Source of the DNA: a virus | Taxonomy: Duplodnaviria; Caudoviricetes | Reading direction: 5' to 3' (one strand) | Virus record (IMG/VR): IMGVR_UViG_3300030376_006242 | DNA: 64,000 nucleotides | Shown: in pieces, positions 48,894 through 58,699 of the stretch | Layout: the number at the start of each line of letters is the position of its first letter | Numbering within the stretch: the first letter of the stretch is position 1 | Program-made: the position numbers and the translations under genes | Notes under the pieces: generated by a model | Database searches by the model: none | Seen by the model: the letters and a program-made list of their open reading frames with translations, nothing else | What the model was told of the DNA's origin: nothing

Positions 48894-50050
48894 TAATTAT
48901 CTGCCTTTGGTCTGAGTGCTTTTGATAAACTTTGTCTTTCAGTTACTGATTCGCCAGCAATCGTTGATGTTTTAGTGTTATTAATAAATGTACCTTTTTG
49001 TGTACTTCTTGTATCAGTATTAGTTAGTGTCATACGTATGTTATCTTCCATTTTTACCCAACGTCCGCCATCAAATCTAAACAATCTATTTGGCAAAAAG
49101 TCAGTACGTAAAAAATAATCACCTTTGTCTGAAGCAGTTGGAAAACTAATACCAAATCCAAACTGTTCACCATTAGGTGCTATGCCATCACCAAGAATAT
49201 AACCATCATAACCTTCTTTACTAGGTGTTTGATTTACTCTATCGGCTAATGTGTTTTGTGTAGTTGTGTCTAATTGGCTTGTATCTGTTGTAACAAGTTC
49301 AGGTTTTCCTTGATCATCCACTTGTAGTGTATAAAAATGTGCTATGTCATATCCTGATTTAGGTGAATCTGCTTCTGCTTGTTGAACAACAGCATTATTG
49401 ATCTGCATTTCTTTTTCATAAGTTGAGAGCACATCTCTTAATGTTTTGCCATCGCCTGCTCCAGCATCTTTGTTTAGTATTTCTTTGAATTCTTGTGAGT
49501 CGTAAATTTGTTTTAACTTAACTCTGTATAAGTGAGGATACCAAGTTTGTGAAAAACCTTCTGCCGCTCTGTTGACGTCTTCAACCACATAAAATCTTTT
49601 CAGTGCTACACTAAAATCGTTCAGTGCGTATTCATCTTTTAAATGAGGTAATTCAAATACATCACCTGGCATAACTTTTCTACCCAAAGTTTTAACACTC
49701 GAAGTGATGGGTATTGTCATGAACAATGTGTCATTTTGTAAGAACAATCCAAATTGACTCATATCAAAGTCAATATCTTGAACGTTGTATATTCCTCTTA
49801 TGCTGTACACATCAGAACTGTATTTTCTATCCCTGTTTTCCAGGAACAACATATCTTGTATGTTGGTTTCTTTTACAGCATCATATCTAGGCTGTGTAGG
49901 AGTAGCATCTGCTTCTTCCGTATTCTTAGGTCCCAAGTATTTGTGTACAAATACGTCGGTTCCGCCCACAGTGAACATTTCAACCACTGTTTTGTCTAAG
50001 AATGTGTAATCGTTCCCTTTTTCTGGTTTATAAAGACTTAATCTAGGCAT
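48893..50050 (-). CDS. gp14: Neck/head-closure protein, gp14-like
   Basis: D-x-LFLE, MSQFGLF, PGD..ELP; position between gp13 and gp15; start adjusted to MPRLSL. Confidence 0.6.
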   Translation of the reverse strand: MPRLSLYKPEKGNDYTFLDKTVVEMFTVGGTDVFVHKYLGPKNTEEADATPTQPRYDAVKETNIQDMLFLENRDRKYSSDVYSIRGIYNVQDIDFDMSQFGLFLQNDTLFMTIPITSSVKTLGRKVMPGDVFELPHLKDEYALNDFSVALKRFYVVEDVNRAAEGFSQTWYPHLYRVKLKQIYDSQEFKEILNKDAGAGDGKTLRDVLSTYEKEMQINNAVVQQAEADSPKSGYDIAHFYTLQVDDQGKPELVTTDTSQLDTTTQNTLADRVNQTPSKEGYDGYILGDGIAPNGEQFGFGISFPTASDKGDYFLRTDFLPNRLFRFDGGRWVKMEDNIRMTLTNTDTRSTQKGTFINNTKTSTIAGESVTERQSLSKALRPKADN

Positions 50051-50083
50051 ATACATATATTTATCGGACGATAAATATGTATA
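50051..50083. promoter_or_regulatory. Back-to-back divergent late promoters in an inverted repeat
   Basis: TATTTAT 50058-50064 and ATAAATA 50071-50077. Confidence 0.7.
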
Positions 50084-50094
50084 AGGAAAACTGT

Positions 50095-50853
50095 ATGAGC
50101 GATTTGACCACACAAAAACAAGAAGTATTTGACTATGTACACGCCAGCCTAGGTGGTGGTATGGTTGATGTAGAATTAGACCCAGTACACTACGAAACAG
50201 CACTTAAAGATGCATTAGACAGATTTAGACAAAGATCAGACAATTCTGTGGAAGAAAGTTATATGTTTTTACCACTAGTATTGGATCAAAACGACTATAT
50301 CCTTCCTAATGAAGTGATAGAAGTAAGACAAATTTATAGAAGATCCATTGGTTCAAGATCCGGTGGTGGAGATGGTGGTACATTGTTCGAACCATTCAAT
50401 TTAGCATACACAAACACTTACCTATTAGCAAGTTCTAATATGGGTGGTGTAGCAACTTATAATATGTTTGCTCAATATCAAGAATTAGTAGGAAGAATGT
50501 TTGGTTCATTTATTGAATTCAAATGGAACACAACCACTAAAAAATTAACAATACTTCAAAGACCTAGACAAGGTGAAGAAGTATTATTAGAATGTTACAA
50601 TTACAGACCAGATTCAGAATTGCTGAAAGATTATTTGGCACAAAAATGGTTAAGAGATTACACTTTGGCAAAATGTAAGTATATGCTAGGTGAAGCAAGA
50701 AGCAAATTCAATACAATAGCAGGTCCACAAGGAGGTACATCATTAAATGGTGATGCTCTAAAACAAGAAGCACAGGCTGAAATGGAACGACTAGAAATAG
50801 AAGTCAAAACACAAACTGGTGGTGGACAAGGTTATTCTTTCGCAATTGGTTAA
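50095..50853 (+). CDS. gp13: Neck protein, gp13-like
   Basis: LGG..VDVEL, WLRDY-x-LA..K..LG..RSKF..I-x-GP-x-GG..LNG; start adjusted to MSDLT. Confidence 0.82.
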   Translation: MSDLTTQKQEVFDYVHASLGGGMVDVELDPVHYETALKDALDRFRQRSDNSVEESYMFLPLVLDQNDYILPNEVIEVRQIYRRSIGSRSGGGDGGTLFEPFNLAYTNTYLLASSNMGGVATYNMFAQYQELVGRMFGSFIEFKWNTTTKKLTILQRPRQGEEVLLECYNYRPDSELLKDYLAQKWLRDYTLAKCKYMLGEARSKFNTIAGPQGGTSLNGDALKQEAQAEMERLEIEVKTQTGGGQGYSFAIG

Positions 50854-50860
50854 TTCATAG

Positions 50861-50889
50861 TTGACAATTCAATAAACATATAGTAATAT
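50861..50889 (+). promoter_or_regulatory. sigma70-type promoter
   Basis: TTGACA, 17 bp spacer, TAATAT. Confidence 0.7.
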
Positions 50890-50896
50890 AAACTAT

Positions 50897-51535
50897 ATGA
50901 AACACCAAATTATTCCGATGTTTTCGGTTCCTCTATATCAGACAAATATTCCCTCTTTGGATCCTATAGAAGAATCTTGGATAAAAAATTTAAATTTTCC
51001 TCCACAAAGTGTTGGTTTATATGATGCTGAAAATGAAGAGCCAATTAATAAAGGAATGAAAGTTTTAGACCAACCACAACTTAAGAAATTAAGACAACAA
51101 ATTAAAGATGCTGTGGATAATTTTACACAAGATGTTTTAGACATAGAGCAAAAATTTGAATTTACAACAAGTTGGGTAAACAAATACGGTAAAGCAGATT
51201 TAAATCATCAGCATTCACATCCAAATTCAATGATCAGTGGTGTCTATTATATTGAGAGTGATGAAACATCATCACCTATCATTTTTAACAAACCATACTT
51301 TTTCACAAATTTATTTCATGAAACAATAAAACCAACTTTTAAAAATAAAAACAACAATCAATACAATCTTGATTACTATGGATTCAAGCCTAAAACAGGA
51401 GATTTATATCTTTTCCCATCTTGGTTAGAACACACAGTACCTCCACAAGAAGTTGACAAGGAAAGATGGAGTTTAGCATTCAACTGTTTTGCTAGAGGTA
51501 AGTTAGGATCAGGCACTAAACAATTACAATTATGA
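50897..51535 (+). CDS. Putative 2OG-Fe(II) oxygenase (TIGR02466-like)
   Basis: SWVN, HSHPNS-x-ISGVYY, FPSWL-x-H-x-V, R-x-SLAFN. Confidence 0.85.
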   Translation: MKHQIIPMFSVPLYQTNIPSLDPIEESWIKNLNFPPQSVGLYDAENEEPINKGMKVLDQPQLKKLRQQIKDAVDNFTQDVLDIEQKFEFTTSWVNKYGKADLNHQHSHPNSMISGVYYIESDETSSPIIFNKPYFFTNLFHETIKPTFKNKNNNQYNLDYYGFKPKTGDLYLFPSWLEHTVPPQEVDKERWSLAFNCFARGKLGSGTKQLQL

Positions 51536-52158
51536 TTATAGGAATATGCGGACTGATAGGTTCAGGCAAAGACACCATTGCTGACTTTTTAGTAAAAGAA
51601 CACAACTTTCAAAAATTATCTTTTGCTGACAAATTAAAAGACAGTGTGGCTGAAATGTTTGAATGGGACAGACAGTTGCTGGATGGTAAAACAGATGAAA
51701 GCAGAGCATGGCGTGAAAAGTCCGATGAATTTTGGAGTAAAGAAATGGGTAGAGACATCACTCCTAGATATGTGCTTCAAGTGTTTGGCACAGAATGTAT
51801 GCGTGATGGATTCTATGATGGAGTATGGGTAAGTTTAGCAAAAAAGAAAATTTTAGACAATCCTGATATCAACTGGGTAATACCAGATGTGCGTTTTGAA
51901 AATGAAGCAAACATGATTAAAGAAATCAACGGTGAAGTTTGGTGGGTAAAACGAGGACAAATTCCTATATGGTTTAAAATGTATCAGGATATAGGTCAAA
52001 AACCTAAAGACGTACATCCTTCAGAGTGGGCATGGGCAAATACTGATTTCACATCAGAATTGACTAATAATGGCACTATTGCTGAACTTAAAAATCAGGT
52101 ACAAGATCGCCTTGTTGCCAACGGATTCCTTCAAGGTGCAAGGATCTTTGGCAATTAG
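51532..52158 (+). CDS. Deoxynucleoside monophosphate kinase (T4 gp1-like)
   Basis: G..GSGKDT, SFAD-x-LK, TPR..LQ..GTE, DVRF-x-NE, H-x-SE. Confidence 0.88.
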   Translation: MIIGICGLIGSGKDTIADFLVKEHNFQKLSFADKLKDSVAEMFEWDRQLLDGKTDESRAWREKSDEFWSKEMGRDITPRYVLQVFGTECMRDGFYDGVWVSLAKKKILDNPDINWVIPDVRFENEANMIKEINGEVWWVKRGQIPIWFKMYQDIGQKPKDVHPSEWAWANTDFTSELTNNGTIAELKNQVQDRLVANGFLQGARIFGN

Positions 52159-52429
52159 CACACACAGTTTTTAAATTATTGAACCTACAGTTGTGTAAAT
52201 TACCATCCACATGAAACACATTAAAATGCTGTTTGAATTTGCTTGAGTGTCCACACTTGTCACATTTTTGCTTTAATCTGTATCCTGCTATATACCATTT
52301 GGGTTGATAACCACTAGGTCCACCATACTTCAAGCACATCTCACATTGCTTTCTATAATATGTTTTGCCTGCCTTTTTATAGTTCACAGCAGAAGGTCTT
52401 TCTTTACATTTTGTACATAATGGTCTCAT
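52088..52429 (-). CDS. Zn-finger/HNH-like protein
   Basis: Four CxxC pairs; H-x-DGN..N....NL..VCANC. Confidence 0.7.
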   Translation of the reverse strand: MRPLCTKCKERPSAVNYKKAGKTYYRKQCEMCLKYGGPSGYQPKWYIAGYRLKQKCDKCGHSSKFKQHFNVFHVDGNLHNCRFNNLKTVCANCQRSLHLEGIRWQQGDLVPDF

Positions 52430-52548
52430 ACGACAGTATTTACCTGCCCTTTCCTACCCCTTTTCTTGGTATAGTAATACAGCACGATTTGGGTATTCGT
52501 CATAAATACTAGCAATAAAGTTTTACACTTTAATAGGAGATAAAAAAA

Positions 52549-55500
52549 ATGGCATTAGTTTCACCAGGAGTACAGGTTAGTGTAATAGACGAAAGTTTCT
52601 ACACACCAGCAGAACCGGGCACAGTCCCAATGATATTTGTTGCTTCGGCACAAGATAAAACAAACAGTTCCGGAACAGGAACAGCAGAAGGTACAAAAGC
52701 GGCAAACGCCGGCAAAGCGTACTTAATGACTTCACAAAGAGAATTAGCAGAAACATTCGGTGATCCAGTATTTAAAACTGACGCAAATAATAATCCTATC
52801 AATGGTGGTGAAACAAATGAATACGGATTACAAGCGGCTTATTCATACTTGGGTGTTGCCAACAGAGCATATGTTGTAAGAGCAGATGTTGACTTAGGTC
52901 AATTAGAAGCATCAGCAACAGCACCAGCGGCAAATCCAGAATCAGGAACTTACTGGTTTGACACAGCAACTTCTAAATTCGGAATATTTGAATGGAATGG
53001 TGCTTCAGCATCAACAACTGGTGGACAAAGTTTTAGCAATAAAGTTCCACACGTAATTACAGATTCAACACTATTAGTAACTGGTACAGATCGTCCTAAG
53101 ACTTCTTTTGGACAAGCAGGAGATTATGCAATCTCGGCTACAACAGATGCTAACACAATGTGGTTTAAAAAATACGATGGTACTTGGAAAGGCGTAGGAA
53201 CAGCAGATTGGACTGCTTCGAACCCAACAGCATCAGGTAACACAGCAACAGCAGGTTACACAGGTGTAATTGGTTCAGGAACGAATTTCCAAATCACTAT
53301 AAACGGCGGCGCAACTACAATTACAACATCGGGTACAACGGTAGCAGATGTGGCGTCAGATATTACAGGAGCAGGTGTTTCAGGTTTATCAGCAAGAGCA
53401 GTTGGTGGTTTACTTCAAGTTTACTACGATGGCTCAAATGATCAAGACATTATCTTTACAGATGGAACACTAGACACAGGTGTAGCACTAGGTATTGAAG
53501 CAGGTACATATTACGTACCATCATTATCTGTTGCTCCACATACTTCAGTTCCAGAATTTAAATCAACTGACACAAACCCAAGACCAACAGGTTCTTTATG
53601 GGTTAAAACAACAACACCTAACGCAGGTGCTAGTTGGATGGTTAAAAAATTCAATGGTACAACTAAATTATGGGAAGAAGTACCAGCACCAATTTACGAA
53701 AGTAATGAACAAGCACTTTACAATTTAGACAGAGTGGGTGGTGGTTTAAATCTTGCTGTAGGCAGTTTATACATTGACTGGCAACAAGAATCAAGTGGAC
53801 TAATTCAAACAATTATGAGAAGAGAGTCTACAGGCTCAACAAAAATTACAGGTACAGCAGTAGCAACTGGTATTACAGCAGGTAGTAAAACATTTACGAT
53901 TGCTGAATCAATTGTTGGTCAAGCGGCTTTAAATTCTGCTGTAACAGTTTCAGTTTCACCAACAGGTGCGGCAACTGATGCTGATTTAATAGCAGGTGCT
54001 ATTAACGGTTCAGGATTCACAAACATTGTAGCAAGTGTTGATTCTTCAAACAGAATCGTAATAGAACACAACGATGGTGGTGAGTTTGTAATTACTGACA
54101 CAAACGGAACATTAGGCGAAGCAGGTTTCACTGCTTACAATTACACAACAAAAGCAGGTACAGCCAACTTATACGCAGATGGTTCAAACCTAAGAGCAAG
54201 TAATTGGAAAATTTTAACTTATACAGCAAGTGCCAACGCAGTAACAACAACTGCGGCAGATGGTCAATTATGGTACAGTTCAATTGTTGATGAAGTTGAT
54301 ATTATGTATCACAACGGTACAGACTGGAAAGGTTATTCAGCAGTATCAAGTTCAGACCCAGCAGGTCCACAAGTTTCAGCAACTGCTCCGACTACACAAT
54401 CAGATGGAACAGCACTTGTTGAAGGCGACTTATGGATTTCAACAGCAGATTTAGAAAACTATCCATTAGTTTACAAATGGAACGCAACATCTTTAAGTTG
54501 GATACAAGTTGACACAACTGATCAAACAACAGAAAATGGAATGCTATTTGCTGATGCTAGATTCGGTACAACGGGTGGTTCAACAACAGTTGCTCCATCA
54601 AGCACAATAGCAGAATTATTAGCAAGTGATTACTTAGACCCAGATGCTCCAGATCCAGCATTATATCCAAAAGGTATGTTGTTATGGAACACAAGACGTT
54701 CAGGTTTCAATGTTAAGAAATTTGTAAGAAACAGCATAGATGTTACAGCAAAAAACACTAGAGGTACAGATGCTGATACATTAATGACAAATTACTATCC
54801 ACATAGATGGGTAACTGAATCGGCTAACCAAGCAGATGGTTCAGGTTCATTTGGTAGAAAAGCACAACGTAAAGTTATTGTACAATCTTTACAAGCAATG
54901 TTAAACTCTAATCAAGAAATTAGAGATGACGAATCAAGATTGTTTAACTTAATGGCAACACCAGGTTATCCAGAATTGATTGGTGAAATGATTTCATTAA
55001 ACAATGACAGAGGCTTGTCAGCATTTATACTAGGTGACTCACCAATGAGATTAACACCAGATGCAACAAGTTTACAAAACTGGGCAACAAACGTTAACCA
55101 AGCAGTTGAAGACAATGACAAAGGTTTAGTAAGCACAGATGAATATCTTGGTGTGTTTTATCCATCAGGATTTACTTCAGACAACTTTGGAAACAATGTT
55201 GTAGTTCCAGCATCACACATGATGTTAAGAACTATTGCTTTAAGTGACCAAGTTTCTTTCCCATGGTTTGCTCCAGCAGGAACAAGAAGAGGTGGTATAA
55301 CTAACGCAACATCAACAGGTTACATCAACAACGAAGGCGAATTTGAAGCAACAGCATTAAACGAAGGTCAAAGAGACACATTGTACACAAACAATGTAAA
55401 CCCAATCACTTTCATTACAGGTGCTGGTTTAGTAAACTACGGACAAAAAACTAGATTTGCTGGAAGTTCTGCACTAGACAGAATCAACGTTGCTAGATTA

Positions 55501-55794
55501 GTAATTTACTTAAGAAGTCAGTTAAACAAACTAGCAAGACCATATGTGTTTGAACCAAATGATAAAATCACAAGAGATGAAATCAAGGCTCAAGCAGAAA
55601 GTTTATTACTTGAACTAGTTGGTAACAGAGCGATTTTTGATTTCTTAGTTGTGTGTGATGAATCAAACAACACACCTACAAGAATAGACAGAAACGAGTT
55701 GTACTTGGATATTGCTATTGAACCAGTCAAAGCAGTAGAGTTCATCTACGTACCATTAAGATTGAAAAACACTGGTGAAATAGCAGGATTATAA
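52549..55794 (+). CDS. gp18: Contractile tail sheath protein (1081 aa)
   Basis: LVSPGV-x-V..IDES, SQREL...FG-x-P, PWFAPAG..RG, RD-x-LY...VNPI, GQKT, DRINVARL, FEPND, CDESNNTP..IDRNEL. Confidence 0.95.
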   Translation: MALVSPGVQVSVIDESFYTPAEPGTVPMIFVASAQDKTNSSGTGTAEGTKAANAGKAYLMTSQRELAETFGDPVFKTDANNNPINGGETNEYGLQAAYSYLGVANRAYVVRADVDLGQLEASATAPAANPESGTYWFDTATSKFGIFEWNGASASTTGGQSFSNKVPHVITDSTLLVTGTDRPKTSFGQAGDYAISATTDANTMWFKKYDGTWKGVGTADWTASNPTASGNTATAGYTGVIGSGTNFQITINGGATTITTSGTTVADVASDITGAGVSGLSARAVGGLLQVYYDGSNDQDIIFTDGTLDTGVALGIEAGTYYVPSLSVAPHTSVPEFKSTDTNPRPTGSLWVKTTTPNAGASWMVKKFNGTTKLWEEVPAPIYESNEQALYNLDRVGGGLNLAVGSLYIDWQQESSGLIQTIMRRESTGSTKITGTAVATGITAGSKTFTIAESIVGQAALNSAVTVSVSPTGAATDADLIAGAINGSGFTNIVASVDSSNRIVIEHNDGGEFVITDTNGTLGEAGFTAYNYTTKAGTANLYADGSNLRASNWKILTYTASANAVTTTAADGQLWYSSIVDEVDIMYHNGTDWKGYSAVSSSDPAGPQVSATAPTTQSDGTALVEGDLWISTADLENYPLVYKWNATSLSWIQVDTTDQTTENGMLFADARFGTTGGSTTVAPSSTIAELLASDYLDPDAPDPALYPKGMLLWNTRRSGFNVKKFVRNSIDVTAKNTRGTDADTLMTNYYPHRWVTESANQADGSGSFGRKAQRKVIVQSLQAMLNSNQEIRDDESRLFNLMATPGYPELIGEMISLNNDRGLSAFILGDSPMRLTPDATSLQNWATNVNQAVEDNDKGLVSTDEYLGVFYPSGFTSDNFGNNVVVPASHMMLRTIALSDQVSFPWFAPAGTRRGGITNATSTGYINNEGEFEATALNEGQRDTLYTNNVNPITFITGAGLVNYGQKTRFAGSSALDRINVARLVIYLRSQLNKLARPYVFEPNDKITRDEIKAQAESLLLELVGNRAIFDFLVVCDESNNTPTRIDRNELYLDIAIEPVKAVEFIYVPLRLKNTGEIAGL

Positions 55795-55819
55795 TAGATA
55801 AATATTATAGGAGAAACAA

Positions 55820-56446
55820 ATGAGTATATCTACACTATCAAAAATTACAGTACCTTTAGACAGTAACCAATCTGCTTCTAACCAAGGTCTGTTAATGCCA
55901 AAGTTACAGTATCGTTTTAGAGTATCACTTGAAAACTTTGGTGTATCTACACCGACTACTGAACTTACAAAACAAGTTGTAGATATCACAAGACCTAATT
56001 TAAGTTTTGAAACAACAACTATTGATGTTTACAACTCTAAAGTATATCTAGCAGGTAAACACACATGGGAAACTGTTACACTAACATTAAGAGAAGATGT
56101 CAGCAACAACGTACAAAAACTTGTTGGTGAACAATTACAGAAACAATTTGACTTCTTTGAAATGAGTGCGGCGGCTTCAGGTTCAGACTACAAATTCGTA
56201 ACAAGAATAGAAATTACAGACGGCGCAAACGGTGCCAACACAGTGAATGTTTTAGAAACATTTGAACTGTATGGTTGCTACATTGAATCAGCAAACTACA
56301 ATCAATTAGCATATCAAACAAGTGAACCTGTGACTGTAACGTTAGCATTAAGATACGACAATGCTATCCAAACTCCACAAGGAACAGGTGTTGGAACTGC
56401 TGTAGGCAGAACTGTAAACACTTTAATTACAGGCGGCGGCGCTTAA
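55820..56446 (+). CDS. gp19: Tail tube protein
   Basis: Follows the sheath gene; RFRV, RP-x-LSF, YLAGK-x-TW, E-x-FEL-x-GC; terminator downstream. Confidence 0.82.
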   Translation: MSISTLSKITVPLDSNQSASNQGLLMPKLQYRFRVSLENFGVSTPTTELTKQVVDITRPNLSFETTTIDVYNSKVYLAGKHTWETVTLTLREDVSNNVQKLVGEQLQKQFDFFEMSAAASGSDYKFVTRIEITDGANGANTVNVLETFELYGCYIESANYNQLAYQTSEPVTVTLALRYDNAIQTPQGTGVGTAVGRTVNTLITGGGA

Positions 56447-56472
56447 TAATCATTAGCAATTATAAATTCAGG

Positions 56473-56495
56473 AAGGGGGCTCAGGCCCCTTTTTT
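56473..56495 (+). terminator. Rho-independent terminator
   Basis: AAGGGGGC-TCAG-GCCCCTT followed by a T-run. Confidence 0.85.
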
Positions 56496-56520
56496 GTTAT
56501 AACCAAGGAGGATAACCCCC

Positions 56521-56640
56521 ATGAAGAAAATGTTGAAAAACAAAAAACTATGGATCGGTATTGCGGTTCTAGTAATCGTGATTGGTGTGGCAATGTTAAC
56601 TGGCGATTCAACACCAGTTGATGCTACTACACAAGGCTAA
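56521..56640 (+). CDS. 39-aa single-pass membrane peptide (not in ORF track)
   Basis: MKKMLKNKKLWIGIAVLVIVIGVAMLTGDSTPVDATTQG; strong SD AAGGAGG at 56505-56511. Confidence 0.75.
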   Translation: MKKMLKNKKLWIGIAVLVIVIGVAMLTGDSTPVDATTQG

Positions 56641-56656
56641 TCCTAATATAACAGTG

Positions 56657-56689
56657 CTTAAGGCGGCTTTATAGTTGCCTTAAGTTTTT
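56657..56689 (+). terminator. Rho-independent terminator
   Basis: CTTAAGGCGGCT / AGTTGCCTTAAG stem followed by TTTTT. Confidence 0.75.
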
Positions 56690-56725
56690 AATACTACCGC
56701 TTTTTCCCTTACATAAATACTGTAT

Positions 56726-57859
56726 ATGGCAAATTTACTAAAAGGTTTTTTAGACAATGTGTTCAAAGGAACACTAAATCCCAAAGGAAATCTAGCAGAT
56801 TTCAGCCATGCTTCTAGGCTTTATGTTGATGACAGTTTTAGATTAGCACCCAAACAAAAATTTTTATATCATGTGGTTTTCAATATTAATCCACAAGCGG
56901 CAATTACAGATCCGCCATTAAGTAATCATCAAAGAGAATTGAATATGCTTGTAAAAGCAGTAGACTTACCACAATACACTGTGGATATGATCACTGCACA
57001 ACAATACAACATTAAAAGAAAAGTACAAACTAAAATTTCATATGATCCTATAAACATTACATTTCATGATGATAATTATGGCGTCACAACAGCATTATGG
57101 GAAACATACTATAGGTATTACTTCAATGACGGAAATTATGGTTCTAAAGATACAGTAGGAAATCAGTCTAGCAGTACAGAAAGACCTTACAGTAAAATAG
57201 GTGGACTACACAATAGTAAAAATACAAAAAATAGATTTGGTTTAGATAATGATGCCAATATTCCTTTTTTTACAAGCATTCAAATTTATCAGATGGCAAG
57301 AAAAACTTATACTTGTTACACATTGGTAAATCCTATTATTCAAAGATGGCAACATGATTCAATGAACAATCAAGAAAATGCTCCTGTACAAAATCAAATG
57401 GTTGTAGAATATGAAGCAGTATTTTATTCAAGAGGTAGAGTACAAGCCAATGGTGCTCCAGCAGGTTTTGGAAAAGAACATTACGACAAAACTCCTTCAC
57501 CTAATTCATTATCAGGTGGTGGCTCTACAAGTTTATTAGGCACAGGCGGTGTGTTATCAGGATTGTTCGGTGAGAATGATGGCCCATATACTTACATTGG
57601 AAGTCAACTTGGTTCTAGCAGAGGAAAAATAACTTTAGGATCAATAATAAGAACAGCAAACAGATTAAAAAATGCTAAAAATTTATCTAAAGAAGGTTTG
57701 AGGCAAGAAGGTTTCAACATTCTTACAGGTGCAATAGGAAGAATTGGAAACACTTCTGATCAAGCATATGGAGTACCAAATACGTTTATAGGTAGAAGTG
57801 CTTCAAATATTGGATCAGGATTAAAAGCAGTAACAAAAGCATTAATAAAAAGGAACTAA
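56726..57859 (+). CDS. Tube-fold baseplate protein (gp48/gp54-like)
   Basis: LVKAVDLP, YDPINITFHDD; position after the tube gene. Confidence 0.6.
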   Translation: MANLLKGFLDNVFKGTLNPKGNLADFSHASRLYVDDSFRLAPKQKFLYHVVFNINPQAAITDPPLSNHQRELNMLVKAVDLPQYTVDMITAQQYNIKRKVQTKISYDPINITFHDDNYGVTTALWETYYRYYFNDGNYGSKDTVGNQSSSTERPYSKIGGLHNSKNTKNRFGLDNDANIPFFTSIQIYQMARKTYTCYTLVNPIIQRWQHDSMNNQENAPVQNQMVVEYEAVFYSRGRVQANGAPAGFGKEHYDKTPSPNSLSGGGSTSLLGTGGVLSGLFGENDGPYTYIGSQLGSSRGKITLGSIIRTANRLKNAKNLSKEGLRQEGFNILTGAIGRIGNTSDQAYGVPNTFIGRSASNIGSGLKAVTKALIKRN

Positions 57860-58221
57860 TGAGTAATTTACCTAAACAAAACAATGACAGCAATCAACCT
57901 GTAAAAGAATTTTTTAATAATTATTTTAACGAAACAATTTCTTTTCCAAGTAATGATGTTGACGCAGTCGTAGGTTATTTTGAATCACGAGGATTTGATA
58001 GAACTGCTAGTATATCAACAGCAACAGTAATATTACAACAGGCTAAAATTGACGGAGTAAAAGTATTTGAATTATTGGATACTTTGAAAGGCATGGACAA
58101 AGTTCAATTAAGTTATATCGTTACAGAAATTTTAAACCACAATAGGTCCAACACATCATCACTTGGATACAAAGTTAAAACTGAAAACAGCCTTTCAGAA
58201 AAACGTAACATAGTGGTATAA
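57859..58221 (+). CDS. Hypothetical protein
   Basis: ORF coupled by a TAATG overlap. Confidence 0.75.
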   Translation: MSNLPKQNNDSNQPVKEFFNNYFNETISFPSNDVDAVVGYFESRGFDRTASISTATVILQQAKIDGVKVFELLDTLKGMDKVQLSYIVTEILNHNRSNTSSLGYKVKTENSLSEKRNIVV

Positions 58222-58225
58222 TCCA

Positions 58226-58657
58226 ATGGCGAAGTTCGCTCAAGGAAGATTTCAAATAAAAAATCCTGACAAGTATGTTGGTGGTAGAACACCTTTATAT
58301 CGAAGTAGTTGGGAATTTGCTTTTATGAGATTTTGTGATGAAAGTCCTAGTATATCTAAATGGGCAAACGAATCAATACGTATTCCTTACAAACATCCAC
58401 TCACAGGAAAATTTACAATATATGTGCCAGATTTTTTTATTGCTTACACAGATAAAAATGGAAGACCCCATGCAGAAGTAATTGAGATTAAACCAGAAAA
58501 TCAAACATTGACCGAAAAGGTTGGCAAAAACAAATACAATCAAGCACAACTGATTATTAACAAAGCAAAATGGATGAGTGCTCAAATGTGGTGCAAGAAT
58601 AAAGGATTCAGATTTAGAGTAATAAACGAAAAAGACATTTTCCACGGTACCAAATAA
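58226..58657 (+). CDS. gp4: Head completion nuclease, T4 gp4-like (TnsA fold)
   Basis: NP-x-KYVG, YRSSWE..FM..CD, IPY, Y-x-PDF, EIKP, N-x-AKW..A...C. Confidence 0.87.
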   Translation: MAKFAQGRFQIKNPDKYVGGRTPLYRSSWEFAFMRFCDESPSISKWANESIRIPYKHPLTGKFTIYVPDFFIAYTDKNGRPHAEVIEIKPENQTLTEKVGKNKYNQAQLIINKAKWMSAQMWCKNKGFRFRVINEKDIFHGTK

Positions 58658-58699
58658 GTTTTTCGGTGACCATGGGGTACACTAAATAAAATTACATTT

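Noticed and set aside
50051-50203. Upstream extensions of gp14 (likewise NUDIX 47468-47548, hldD 45201-45212 and 59725-59829)
   Set aside because: They overlap neighbouring genes or promoters; the internal ATGs fit promoter spacing and family N-termini
52088-52429. Mobile HNH homing endonuclease or intron
   Set aside because: Short, free-standing, has its own late box and interrupts no gene; no intron structure seen
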